From NCBI GenBank assembly GCA_937996235.1, contig CALKVK010000012.1:145139-209138 (forward strand): a stretch of 64,000 nucleotides of DNA, in the 5' to 3' direction. This DNA is from an uncultured bacterium (GTDB lineage Bacteria > Planctomycetota > JAJSAM01 > JAJVHW01). Made by a program: the position numbers and the translations under genes. Below are positions 27,970-36,641 of the stretch, piece after piece; within the stretch, counting starts at the first letter, position 1; every line of letters begins with the position of its first letter. The notes under the pieces are model-generated. The model was not told the DNA's origin, did no database searches, and saw only the letters and a program-made list of their open reading frames with translations.

Positions 27970-29220
27970 TCATCCAGGGGTGCGGAGCCTCTCGCGCAGG
28001 ATGCGGCTCAGCGCCTGCGCGACCGGATCGAGCGGCGAGCGCTGCGTCGCCGGCAGGGCTCGCGCGAGGTCCTGCTCGGGCAGGCGCCGCTGCTGCAGCA
28101 GCCCGAGCACGCGCGGATGCCGCGCCCACGCGGTCACGTCGGCGAAGTCCACGTCGTCGAGCTCGGGCAGCAGCGCGACACGGCCGCCCGCCGCGTGACG
28201 CCGCGCGAGGTCCGTGAGAGACGCGCGGACGCCGTCCGCGAGCTTTCTGTCCCGTTCGTCGAAGCGCACCCACGGCACGACGACGGCCGGCGCCGTGCGG
28301 TGCACGGGCGCCCACGCGGCGAGGCGCGAGACCACGGCATCGAGGCAGCGCGGCGTCGCGTCCGCGTCCCAGCGGCAGAACGGCACCTCGCTGGTCACGA
28401 GCAGCGCGCTCGGCCACGCGCCGGCGGCGTCCGCGGCGGCGGCGTGGCCGCGCGCGCCGAGCGCCTCCGCGAGGCGCTGCTCGAAGCGGCGCACGCACGC
28501 CGCGGGGTCCGTCTCGCGCGGCCACTCCACGTCCACCGCGTGCACGACGTCGCCCGCAGGTGCCGACGCGAAGTCCGCGAGCAGCTCGTCGCGCACGCGG
28601 TCCAGGAACTGCTCGTGCGCCTGGGCGAAGCGGCCGTGCAGCAGCCAGACGAACGGCCGCGACACGTCGAGGGCGGGAACCGCGGCGAGGTCGCGCAGCG
28701 CGTCGCGTTGCGGCGTCCGGTCGCACAGGTAGGGCAGCGCCGGCGGCACGGGGTCGTGGCTCCCGATCGCGGTGTTCAGGTCCGCGAGGACGTCGCTGTG
28801 GAGCGCTTCGACCGTGGCGAACGGCTTCGACGTGTGCCGCTGGCAGATGAGAGCGCGAAACGCCCGCGCCCGCTCGGCCTCGGCACGGCCGAACCCCAGG
28901 AAGCCGGCGCGCGGCTCGGCCTCCGTGTGGAAGAACAGCATCTGCTCGACGTCCGCGGCGCACGCGGTCTCGTACTCGAGATGGGTGATGCTGCGCCCTT
29001 CGTGGCCGTCGGGCACCCAGCCGTAGCGGCGTCCCAGCAGCAGGACGAACGCGTCACAGTTCCGCACGTCGGTGGTGCACTTCGCGACGACCGTGCGCCT
29101 GTCGGATCCGTAGTCCTCCATGCCGATCGGCTGGTGGCCGAGGCGCAGGATGGCCGCGCGCACCGCCGCCCGCGCCTCGCGCAGGTCCTGGAACGTCGAG
29201 GAGACGTACACGCGAGCCAC
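27970..29220 (-). CDS. DUF4062 domain protein (416 aa) with a C-terminal extension of unknown function.
   Basis: N-terminus MARVYVSSTFQDLREARAAVRAAILRLGHQPIGMEDYG...CDAFVLLLGRRYGWVP...ITHLEYETA matches the DUF4062 signature as I recall it. Non-biased composition. Confidence 0.8.
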   Translation of the reverse strand: MARVYVSSTFQDLREARAAVRAAILRLGHQPIGMEDYGSDRRTVVAKCTTDVRNCDAFVLLLGRRYGWVPDGHEGRSITHLEYETACAADVEQMLFFHTEAEPRAGFLGFGRAEAERARAFRALICQRHTSKPFATVEALHSDVLADLNTAIGSHDPVPPALPYLCDRTPQRDALRDLAAVPALDVSRPFVWLLHGRFAQAHEQFLDRVRDELLADFASAPAGDVVHAVDVEWPRETDPAACVRRFEQRLAEALGARGHAAAADAAGAWPSALLVTSEVPFCRWDADATPRCLDAVVSRLAAWAPVHRTAPAVVVPWVRFDERDRKLADGVRASLTDLARRHAAGGRVALLPELDDVDFADVTAWARHPRVLGLLQQRRLPEQDLARALPATQRSPLDPVAQALSRILRERLRTPG

Positions 29221-29263
29221 GGGGGGCGAACCTCCTGCGCGCGCCGAGGGCGGCGCGCTCCCT

Positions 29264-30166
29264 TCAGAGTCCGAGTCTGTCGCGCAGCCGGGCGACGACC
29301 GCCGGCTGTGCGAGGTACTGCGCGATGCCGTGGCGCCAGGCGCCGGAGTTCGAGACGCGCACGTCCGCGACCGTCTCCTCGCCGTCGGCGAGGTAGTCGT
29401 TCGCGAGCACGGTGTCGAAGCCGCACACGGGATCGAGCCGGTCGTAGACGTTCGTCCACGCGCCGAGTGCGAGCTTCGCGCTCGGGTACGCGGTGTCGTA
29501 CTCCCACGCGTCGCCGAAGCCGTCCTGCACCTCGGACAGGCCGAGCGGGCTGCCGATCGTGAACAGCGCCGCGACGCCGGGCGTGTCGGCCACGTGCCGC
29601 AGGCAGTCGTACGCGATCACGGTGCCCATGCTGTGCGAGACGACGACGTGCGGCCCGGCCGCCGGGGGGACCGCGCGCAGAGCGGCGACGAAGCGCTGCC
29701 GGATCTCGCGCCGGACGCGGTACGTGACGCCGGGGCGCGGCCGCGACTCGGCGTCGTAGAGGTAGTGGTGGCAGTCGCGCAGGAGCCGCCGCATGAGGAT
29801 TTTCTCGAGGAAGTGCGGCAGCGGGACCGCGCGCTCGGACGCCGCGGCGAACGTCGCCCCGCCCTCGCGGATCGCCTCCTCCGCGAGCTCCTCGGTGCGG
29901 CGGCGGAGCGCGGCGACGAACGCGCGCTCGACGACGTCCGCACCGACTGCGAGCAGCTCGTCCTCCTCCGGCGCCGCGCCGCGCTGCGCCGGGTCCTCGG
30001 CCTCGGGCCGCGCGTAGAGCACGTCGGCCCAGTACACCATCGAGCTCGTCACGCCGCGCGCCGACAGGTCGAGCCCGCCCTGGCGCAGCGCCGCGAGCCA
30101 CTCCGCGAGGAGCACGTCCTGCGGCGGCTTGTTCAGGAGTCCGTGGACGAACGTCACGTGGGGCAT
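29264..30166 (-). CDS. Alpha/beta-hydrolase fold protein (lipase/esterase-like, 300 aa).
   Basis: Nucleophile elbow VVVSHSMGTVIAYD (GxSxG-type). Conserved downstream Asp/His candidates. Confidence 0.8.
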   Translation of the reverse strand: MPHVTFVHGLLNKPPQDVLLAEWLAALRQGGLDLSARGVTSSMVYWADVLYARPEAEDPAQRGAAPEEDELLAVGADVVERAFVAALRRRTEELAEEAIREGGATFAAASERAVPLPHFLEKILMRRLLRDCHHYLYDAESRPRPGVTYRVRREIRQRFVAALRAVPPAAGPHVVVSHSMGTVIAYDCLRHVADTPGVAALFTIGSPLGLSEVQDGFGDAWEYDTAYPSAKLALGAWTNVYDRLDPVCGFDTVLANDYLADGEETVADVRVSNSGAWRHGIAQYLAQPAVVARLRDRLGL

Positions 30167-30197
30167 GGGGTCCTCCGGGATGGCGTGGCGGCGCGCG

Positions 30198-33100
30198 TCA
30201 CGCGCGTCCCTCCACCGTGGACAGTGCGGCCGCCAGCGCGGCGAGGTCGGCGGCGTCGCGGCGTCCCGCGGCGGTCTCGGGAGCGAGTTCGCCGAGGGTC
30301 GCGAGCTGCGTCAGGACGGAGTCGCGCTCGCGTGGCGAGGCGCCGCGCGCCGCCGCGCCGAAGCACTCGCGTATCCGCGCGACGCGCGCTCCGAGTGCGT
30401 GCCCGGCGAGCGCGTGCAGGATCTCCATGTCGACGACGGCGAGCTGCCACCACACGTCACGGCGCGCCTCCGGCACCTGCGCGTGGTCCTGACGCGCCGC
30501 GTCGAGGACCGCGCGGACGACGCGCGCCGAGCGCCGGAGGGCCCACAGCAGTGCGGCCTGGTTGCACGCGGGGTAGTAGCCGGCGCCGGGCCGCCCGCGG
30601 GCGGCGAGCTCGACACCGCGCGCGTACTCGCGCTCGGCCTGGGCGAGCAGACGACGACGCTCGCGTCCGACGGCGTGCGTCGCCCGGCGCTTGAACGCGC
30701 CGCCCACGAGCGATGCGCGCTCGCACGTCGGCGGCGCGATCGCGTCGAGCGCGCGGCAGCGCTCGATCGCCGTCTCCCAGAGCTGGCGCGCGCGCGCGAG
30801 CCGTGCGGCGTCCGCGCCGCCGCCCGCGATGCGATGCGCGAGCCGGTCCTCGAAGTTCGCGAGCTGCTCGATGTCCTCGACGCGCAGCGCGGAGCCGTCG
30901 CTCGCGAGCGCCGCGCGCAGATCCGCGACGGCCTCCTCGAAGTCGCCGAGCTCGCCGCGCAGGCGCCCGCGCGCCACGAGCACGCGCGCGCTGAGCCACT
31001 CCGGACGCAGCGCGGCGTCCACCTGCGCGAGACGGCTGCGCACACGCTCCGCCGAATCCGCGCTCGGCCGGCGCAGGTTGTGGAGACCGATGCGCAGCAC
31101 CGCGAGCTCCTCCGCCACCTCGCGCTCCGACACGTAGCGCGGCACCTCGCCGCCGCGCCACGGCGCGGACGTCAGCCGGAAGTGCGGGTCGCCGTAGCAC
31201 TGGAACGCGCCCCACGTCGTGCTCCCGAGCTCGTGCGCGGAGCGGCGCGCCGCGCTCACGGCGTCGCCGAACGTCTCGCCGTCGAGCAGGCGTTCGTAGA
31301 ACGCGGTCGCGAACGCGCGCGCGGCGGCGTCGTCCACGGCCCACCCCGCGACGACCAGGCAGCGCACGCCGATGCGCATCAGCTCGACGGCGACGCTCGC
31401 GGCGAAGCGGCCGTGCTGCGGCTCGTCGGTCCGGCCCAGGTGGCAGCAGCTCAGGAACACGAGCGAGGGGCACGCGGGGAGCTGACGGATGACGTCGGCC
31501 GTCAGCCGCACGTCGTCGCCGATCACCACGCCGGTGCGCGCGGGGTCCGCGGCGTCGAAGGTGCCGTGCGCGGCGACGTGCACCACCACGTAGTCGTTCG
31601 CGTAGAGGCGCTGCAGCACCGCGGACGCGTCCTCGTCGATCGACGTCTCGACGACGTACCGGGCGCGGGTGAGCTGCTGCGAGACGCGCACGGCCTCGGC
31701 GCGCGCCCCCGGCAGGTCCGCGAACGCCGGCGCCTGCGGCGTGCCGACGACGAGCACCGCGCCGCCGCGCGCCGGCTCGACGACCTCGGCGGCGCTGCGA
31801 TCGCGGAACTGCCGCACGACGCCGAGCAGCGCCGGCGACGCGCCGTCGTCGCTGCGCCGGCGCATCAGCAGCTCCCACGGGTAGCGCGCGGTCAGCGGGT
31901 CCACGACGAGCACGAGCTCGCCGGCGTCCGCGATCTCCTCCTTGAAGGGACCGGGCACCAGCAGGTCGAACAGCGTGTGCGAGATGGAGTCGGGCGCGAT
32001 GCCGCTCGTCGTGCGCTCCGTCGCGCGCAGGAACGCATCCACGAGAGTGTGGATCGTGGGCTGCGTGATGACGGGCGCCCGCGCGCGATCGGTCACGTAG
32101 AGGTACTCGAGTCCCGTGGTGCGCGCGGCGTCGCCCGCGTCCTCCTCGCGCCGCGCGCTGACGTGCAGGCGATTCCACCAGCGGTCCGCCGCGGCCCCCG
32201 TGCGGCCGCCGGGACGGCCGTCGCGCCCGATCACGAGCGCGTCGTCCGCGTGCACGTCCGGGAGCCCGCCGCTCTGCCGCGCGCGCTCGCGCGCCGCGTC
32301 GACCAGCGCCCGTGCCGCCGCCACGGCCACGTCCTCGCTCAGCTCGACGAACTCGAGCCGCGCGATGCGCGCGCCGGCGTTCGGACCGTCCGGCTCCGCG
32401 AGCCGCGCGTTGACGCGCACGACCGCGTCGAGGATCGCCGCGATGGACTCGCGCACGTCGAGCGCCCGGCCGCCGCGCGTGCCGATCAGGAGCGACGACA
32501 GCGTGAGCTCGTGCGGCGTGCCGTCGCCGCGCGCGTCCGCGGCGCGGAGCGCCCACTCGAGGACGCCGGCGTGCACCGTGCGCCGCAGCCGCCGCGGCGT
32601 GAGGTCGCCGACGTCGCCGAGCCCCACCACGATCGCGCCCGGCGGACGGCCGGCAGCGCCGTCTTCCGCGGGCGGCGCGTCCACGACGAGCACGTCGCCG
32701 ATGCGCCCCGGGTACTGCCGCACGGCGAAGCGCCGCGCGAGCCGCCCGTCGAGACGCGAGTCGAGGTAGCGCTCGGCGCCGAACAGGCCGTCGCCCTCGT
32801 AGTGGCCCACGAGCACGGGACCGTGCGCGGCGTGCAGACTGCCGTGCACGACCTCCGCACGCAGCTGCGGCCCGACGACGGCCTCCTCGTCGCCGAGCAC
32901 GCGCGCTGCGAGCAGTCCCACGACGCCGTCCTCGGGCGGGAACGTGGACGCGGCCGCGACGATCGTCTCCGGCCGCACGGGAGGACGCGGCGGCACGCGC
33001 GCGGAGACTCCCGCCTCGAGCAGGTCGCGGATGCCCGCGACGAGATCCGCGGCGGACGGCAGCCGCTCGTGGCGCGCGGCCAGCCAGCGCGCCGTGGGGC

Positions 33101-35447
33101 GTTCCGCGAGCGTGGGATCCGCGAGGCACCAGCCGTCGCCCGCGTCGGGCTTGATCTCGGCGCGCAGCCGTGCGTCGGCGGCGCCGCGCTCGAACGACAC
33201 GACCGTGCGGTCGGCGGCGCCGAGCACGGTCAGCGCATCGAGCGCGAGCAGCGCCTCCGCGGCCTTGCGGCGACGCGCCCGTCCGGCGCGCAGGAACTCG
33301 CGCGACGGCGCCGCGTCGACCGCGCGCGCGCGCCACCACTCCGGCTGCCCGCAGGGCTCGGGCAACTGGTCGTGCACCGCGGGGCACTCCGCGAACACGC
33401 GCCGCAGAGCAGCGCGGCGTCCGCGTCCGTCGAGCAGGCAGAGCGACTCGAACAGCGCGCCCTCGCCGAGGGCGAGCGACAGCACGGCGCCCGAGCCGAC
33501 GGTCGGCGGTCCGAGCAGCACGACGCGGCGCAGGCGCGCGGGCCGCGGCACGCCGGCCAGCGCGAGCGCGACGGCGAGGGCGCCGTAGCCGTGCGCGATC
33601 ACGTGCACGTCGCACGCCGCGCACGCCGTCTCGATCCGCTCGCGCAGCACGGCGGCGACGACGTCGAGCGACTGCCGCCAGTCGTACGGCACCGGCTCGA
33701 CGAGCGCAAACCCCTCGAGCGCCCGCTCGAGCGCGATCCACTGTTCGGGGGCCGCGAGTCCCACCGCTCGGACCACGCCGACCGGCGCGGCGAGTCGCTC
33801 GAGACGGCCCGCGACGAGCGCGTCGCGGTCGGGCCAGAGCGGCCCGTCGTCGTCGGCCAGCGACGACCCGAGGAAGTCGGGCACGAGCAGGACCGCGCGC
33901 GAGGGCGCCGCCACGTCGGCGGCCTCGTCGCGCCGCCGCACGGGCACGAGCCGCTCGGGCGGCCCGCCGCGGAACGGCCGGAAGCCGCGCGGACGCAGGT
34001 CCGCGCCGTGCTGCGCGTCGAGTGCGGCATCGACGCTCTGGCGCGTGTCGCGTCCGCCGAAGTACGTGAAGTGGCTGACGGCCGGGCTCTGGTGGAACGC
34101 GGCCACGGCGCCGCCGCGCCCGCCGGTCGCGCCGTACATCGACGCCGTCTGCACGACGAGATCGTTCGCCTCGCCGAAGAACGCGTACGCGGCGAGCGCG
34201 CGCAGGCGGCGCCAGACGCCGTCGCCCTGCAGGTTGCCCGCCACGACGCGCAGCTCGTCGCCCGACGACGCGGGCGCGAGGTTCAGGTAGCGCGTGAGCG
34301 GCGAGCCGGGGAGCTGCGCCTCGATGCCCGGCACCTCCGCCGGCTCCGCGCGCCGGCGGACGATCTCGAGCAGCGTGCCGGTGATCGCGTCCACGACCTC
34401 CGGCACGGCCACGAGCGCGCCGACCAGGTCCACGAGCACGGAGAGGAATGCGTCGAGTCGCTCCGACGCGAGCGTCGTCCCGCTCGCGGGGCACGCGACG
34501 CGCACGAAGCGGCGGATCGCGATGCGCTTCTCGCGCAGCGCGCCCGCGAGCTGCACGAGCTGCTCGCGCTGCCGCGCGCGCACGTCCGCGTCTTCGCCCT
34601 GCGCGCGGAACCCCGCGAGCGCCGCGGCGCTCGGCTCGCCGCTCCGGCACAGCAGCTCGCCGACGAGTCCGCCGCGCGAGTGCGTCAGGAGGTCGAGCTG
34701 CACGCCCGGCGGCAGCCGCTCGACGGCGTGCAGCGCGTTGGCGGCGGGCGTGCGCGAGAGCGTGTGGTGCTCGAGCGCGAGCACGCGCCCGCGGTAGCGC
34801 TGCCACACGTGGCGCCAGCGCGCCGTCGCGACGGCCTGGCCCGACGACGCCTCGCGGCGGAAGAAGTCGCCGAAGCTCCCCTCGGTGCTCGACGCGGTGC
34901 CGTGGATCAGCAGCAGCACGGGCTCGTCGCCCGCGAGCGCCGCGGCGTCGTACGGCTCGAGCGAGCCGTCGCTCGCGACGGAGTAGAGGTCCTCCGCGTG
35001 CGGGAGCCGCGACTCGAGCGCAGCGACGGCCGCGGCGGTCCCGAGCTTCGCGATCTCCTCGTCGACGTCGATGCCGAGCAGCGACAGCGCGCGGATGCCG
35101 AGACCGAGGGCGTCGCGCGTCGCGCCCGGCAGCGGCAGCGCGGACGGCACGACGAAGGCCTCGGGCTCGCCCCGCTGCGACGTCGCGTCGCGCGCGCCCG
35201 CGGGCAGCCCGCCGAACAGCTCGGGCAGACGTGCGACCGACGTCCACAACACGCCGCCGCCGTCGAGTTCGAGTCGGACGAGTCCGTGCGCCTCGCCGGG
35301 CGACACCTGCACGGACTCCGCCCGCGCCCCCGCGCGGTCCGCGGCGAACTCGAAGCGACGCGCCGACGCGATCCGGTGTCGCGCACTCGGGGACGCCACG
35401 CCGTCGGCCCGCGTCTCCCGCGCAGGGATCGTCAGCGTCCGCGCCAT
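30198..35447 (-). CDS. Giant multidomain protein (1749 aa): N-terminal lipase-like alpha/beta-hydrolase domain(s), central CHAT (caspase-like) protease domain, C-terminal TPR-like repeats.
   Basis: Hydrolase region PVLLLIHGTASS...DLLTHSRGGLVGELL and a second degenerate one (VHVIAHGYGALAVALALAG). CHAT signature YVVVHVAAHGTF ... SLVFLSCCHLG. Helical repeats at the end. The overlapping plus-strand 1923-aa ORF is Arg-rich antisense. Confidence 0.85.
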   Translation of the reverse strand: MARTLTIPARETRADGVASPSARHRIASARRFEFAADRAGARAESVQVSPGEAHGLVRLELDGGGVLWTSVARLPELFGGLPAGARDATSQRGEPEAFVVPSALPLPGATRDALGLGIRALSLLGIDVDEEIAKLGTAAAVAALESRLPHAEDLYSVASDGSLEPYDAAALAGDEPVLLLIHGTASSTEGSFGDFFRREASSGQAVATARWRHVWQRYRGRVLALEHHTLSRTPAANALHAVERLPPGVQLDLLTHSRGGLVGELLCRSGEPSAAALAGFRAQGEDADVRARQREQLVQLAGALREKRIAIRRFVRVACPASGTTLASERLDAFLSVLVDLVGALVAVPEVVDAITGTLLEIVRRRAEPAEVPGIEAQLPGSPLTRYLNLAPASSGDELRVVAGNLQGDGVWRRLRALAAYAFFGEANDLVVQTASMYGATGGRGGAVAAFHQSPAVSHFTYFGGRDTRQSVDAALDAQHGADLRPRGFRPFRGGPPERLVPVRRRDEAADVAAPSRAVLLVPDFLGSSLADDDGPLWPDRDALVAGRLERLAAPVGVVRAVGLAAPEQWIALERALEGFALVEPVPYDWRQSLDVVAAVLRERIETACAACDVHVIAHGYGALAVALALAGVPRPARLRRVVLLGPPTVGSGAVLSLALGEGALFESLCLLDGRGRRAALRRVFAECPAVHDQLPEPCGQPEWWRARAVDAAPSREFLRAGRARRRKAAEALLALDALTVLGAADRTVVSFERGAADARLRAEIKPDAGDGWCLADPTLAERPTARWLAARHERLPSAADLVAGIRDLLEAGVSARVPPRPPVRPETIVAAASTFPPEDGVVGLLAARVLGDEEAVVGPQLRAEVVHGSLHAAHGPVLVGHYEGDGLFGAERYLDSRLDGRLARRFAVRQYPGRIGDVLVVDAPPAEDGAAGRPPGAIVVGLGDVGDLTPRRLRRTVHAGVLEWALRAADARGDGTPHELTLSSLLIGTRGGRALDVRESIAAILDAVVRVNARLAEPDGPNAGARIARLEFVELSEDVAVAAARALVDAARERARQSGGLPDVHADDALVIGRDGRPGGRTGAAADRWWNRLHVSARREEDAGDAARTTGLEYLYVTDRARAPVITQPTIHTLVDAFLRATERTTSGIAPDSISHTLFDLLVPGPFKEEIADAGELVLVVDPLTARYPWELLMRRRSDDGASPALLGVVRQFRDRSAAEVVEPARGGAVLVVGTPQAPAFADLPGARAEAVRVSQQLTRARYVVETSIDEDASAVLQRLYANDYVVVHVAAHGTFDAADPARTGVVIGDDVRLTADVIRQLPACPSLVFLSCCHLGRTDEPQHGRFAASVAVELMRIGVRCLVVAGWAVDDAAARAFATAFYERLLDGETFGDAVSAARRSAHELGSTTWGAFQCYGDPHFRLTSAPWRGGEVPRYVSEREVAEELAVLRIGLHNLRRPSADSAERVRSRLAQVDAALRPEWLSARVLVARGRLRGELGDFEEAVADLRAALASDGSALRVEDIEQLANFEDRLAHRIAGGGADAARLARARQLWETAIERCRALDAIAPPTCERASLVGGAFKRRATHAVGRERRRLLAQAEREYARGVELAARGRPGAGYYPACNQAALLWALRRSARVVRAVLDAARQDHAQVPEARRDVWWQLAVVDMEILHALAGHALGARVARIRECFGAAARGASPRERDSVLTQLATLGELAPETAAGRRDAADLAALAAALSTVEGRA

Positions 35448-35568
35448 CCTCCACCTCCCGGGGCCGCGCGGTCACGCGCCTCCCCGTGCGCAACGTCGTC
35501 CCCCACTCCCGGGGACGCCGCGAAGATACACGAAGCGAGGGAGCGAGCGCCGCCGTCGAATTCACGCC

Positions 35569-36471
35569 TCAGCGCGCGCGGAAGGTGTCGTTGGCCCCCG
35601 GGACGCGCGCGAGATCGAGTTCGAGTCGCACCGCCGCAGCGCCCTCGCCGACGACGGCGCCCAGCGCATATGCGCCGTAGACGAGGACCTCGCAGCGCGC
35701 CGTCGTGCGAGTCGTTGCGCTCGGTGGACCGTCGGCCCTGGACAGCGTCTCCGGGTCGTGGCAGAAGCGGATGGCACTGGGGAGCGGTCGATCGGGGTCG
35801 ACCGTCCGCACGCACGCGTGGACTCGGAACCAGTGCTGGGAGCCGACCTCGCGGCCGCGCGCGGGGTCGGGAGGCGGCAGCGGCTCCACACGCGCGCTGA
35901 GCAGGTACGGATGGACGAACGCGCGCCGGCCGAACTGCCCGCGATTGCGGTCCTCCACGCAGGTGCGTCCCGTGACCGTCAGCGCATCGAGCAGGATGAA
36001 GCACTCGAGGTGCGTGCGCAGTTCCGCCGCCGACGCGTAGCGCAGCACGCGGAAGCCCTGCACGTCGAAGTGGACGTCGTCGCCCGCGCGCACGACGTGG
36101 ACGACCGGGCGGCCGATCGCGTGCGCGAAGCCGAGCTCGTAGTAGCAGTTCGGCCGCGCGTGCGTCAGGTCGGCGATGACGAAGTCGGCGCCGCGGATCG
36201 CGTCGCGGATCTCGTCGATCATCTGTCCGCCGGACGGCAGCTCGTCCATGCGGTACGAGCGGAACCCGAACCGCCTCGCCGCGGGCGCGATCGCCTCGTG
36301 ACGCACCGCGCGCAGCTCCGGCGTGTCGGCGAACGACGAGATCACGAAGCAGTAGGGCTCGTCGGGGTCGAACGGCACGGGTGCCCCGGCGCAGGGCTCC
36401 GGCGCCGCGGCATCGGCGACGCCGCTCGCCTCCGGCTGCGACGCAGCCGGCTTCCGTCTCGCCGTCCCCAT
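35569..36471 (-). CDS. TIR-like / nucleoside 2-deoxyribosyltransferase-like Rossmannoid domain protein (~300 aa).
   Basis: ATG at 36471 (MGTARRK...). Motifs CFVISSFADT ... ADFVIADLTHARPNCYYELGFAHAIGRPVV match the D..NPNV.YELGYA..LGKPV signature of NDT/TIR-like domains. A 121-bp gap separates it from the giant CHAT gene downstream. Confidence 0.7.
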   Translation of the reverse strand: MGTARRKPAASQPEASGVADAAAPEPCAGAPVPFDPDEPYCFVISSFADTPELRAVRHEAIAPAARRFGFRSYRMDELPSGGQMIDEIRDAIRGADFVIADLTHARPNCYYELGFAHAIGRPVVHVVRAGDDVHFDVQGFRVLRYASAAELRTHLECFILLDALTVTGRTCVEDRNRGQFGRRAFVHPYLLSARVEPLPPPDPARGREVGSQHWFRVHACVRTVDPDRPLPSAIRFCHDPETLSRADGPPSATTRTTARCEVLVYGAYALGAVVGEGAAAVRLELDLARVPGANDTFRAR

Positions 36472-36641
36472 GCGCACCTCCCGACACACGGCGTGCCCTG
36501 CGCGGTCCGGGCGACTCCACTCGCCGGGCCCGCTCGTCGCAGCGAGGATGCCCGGACGCACCGCTCCGCGTCCACACTCGAACCGCGCCGCCGTGCGGCG
36601 AGGCTCCGCAGATCGCCGCCGCCCGGGCTACCCTCCCGCGC

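Noticed and set aside
30129-35900. 1923-aa plus-strand ORF
   Set aside because: Antisense to the giant CHAT gene with an Arg-rich junk translation. The minus frame carries clear hydrolase, CHAT and TPR motifs.
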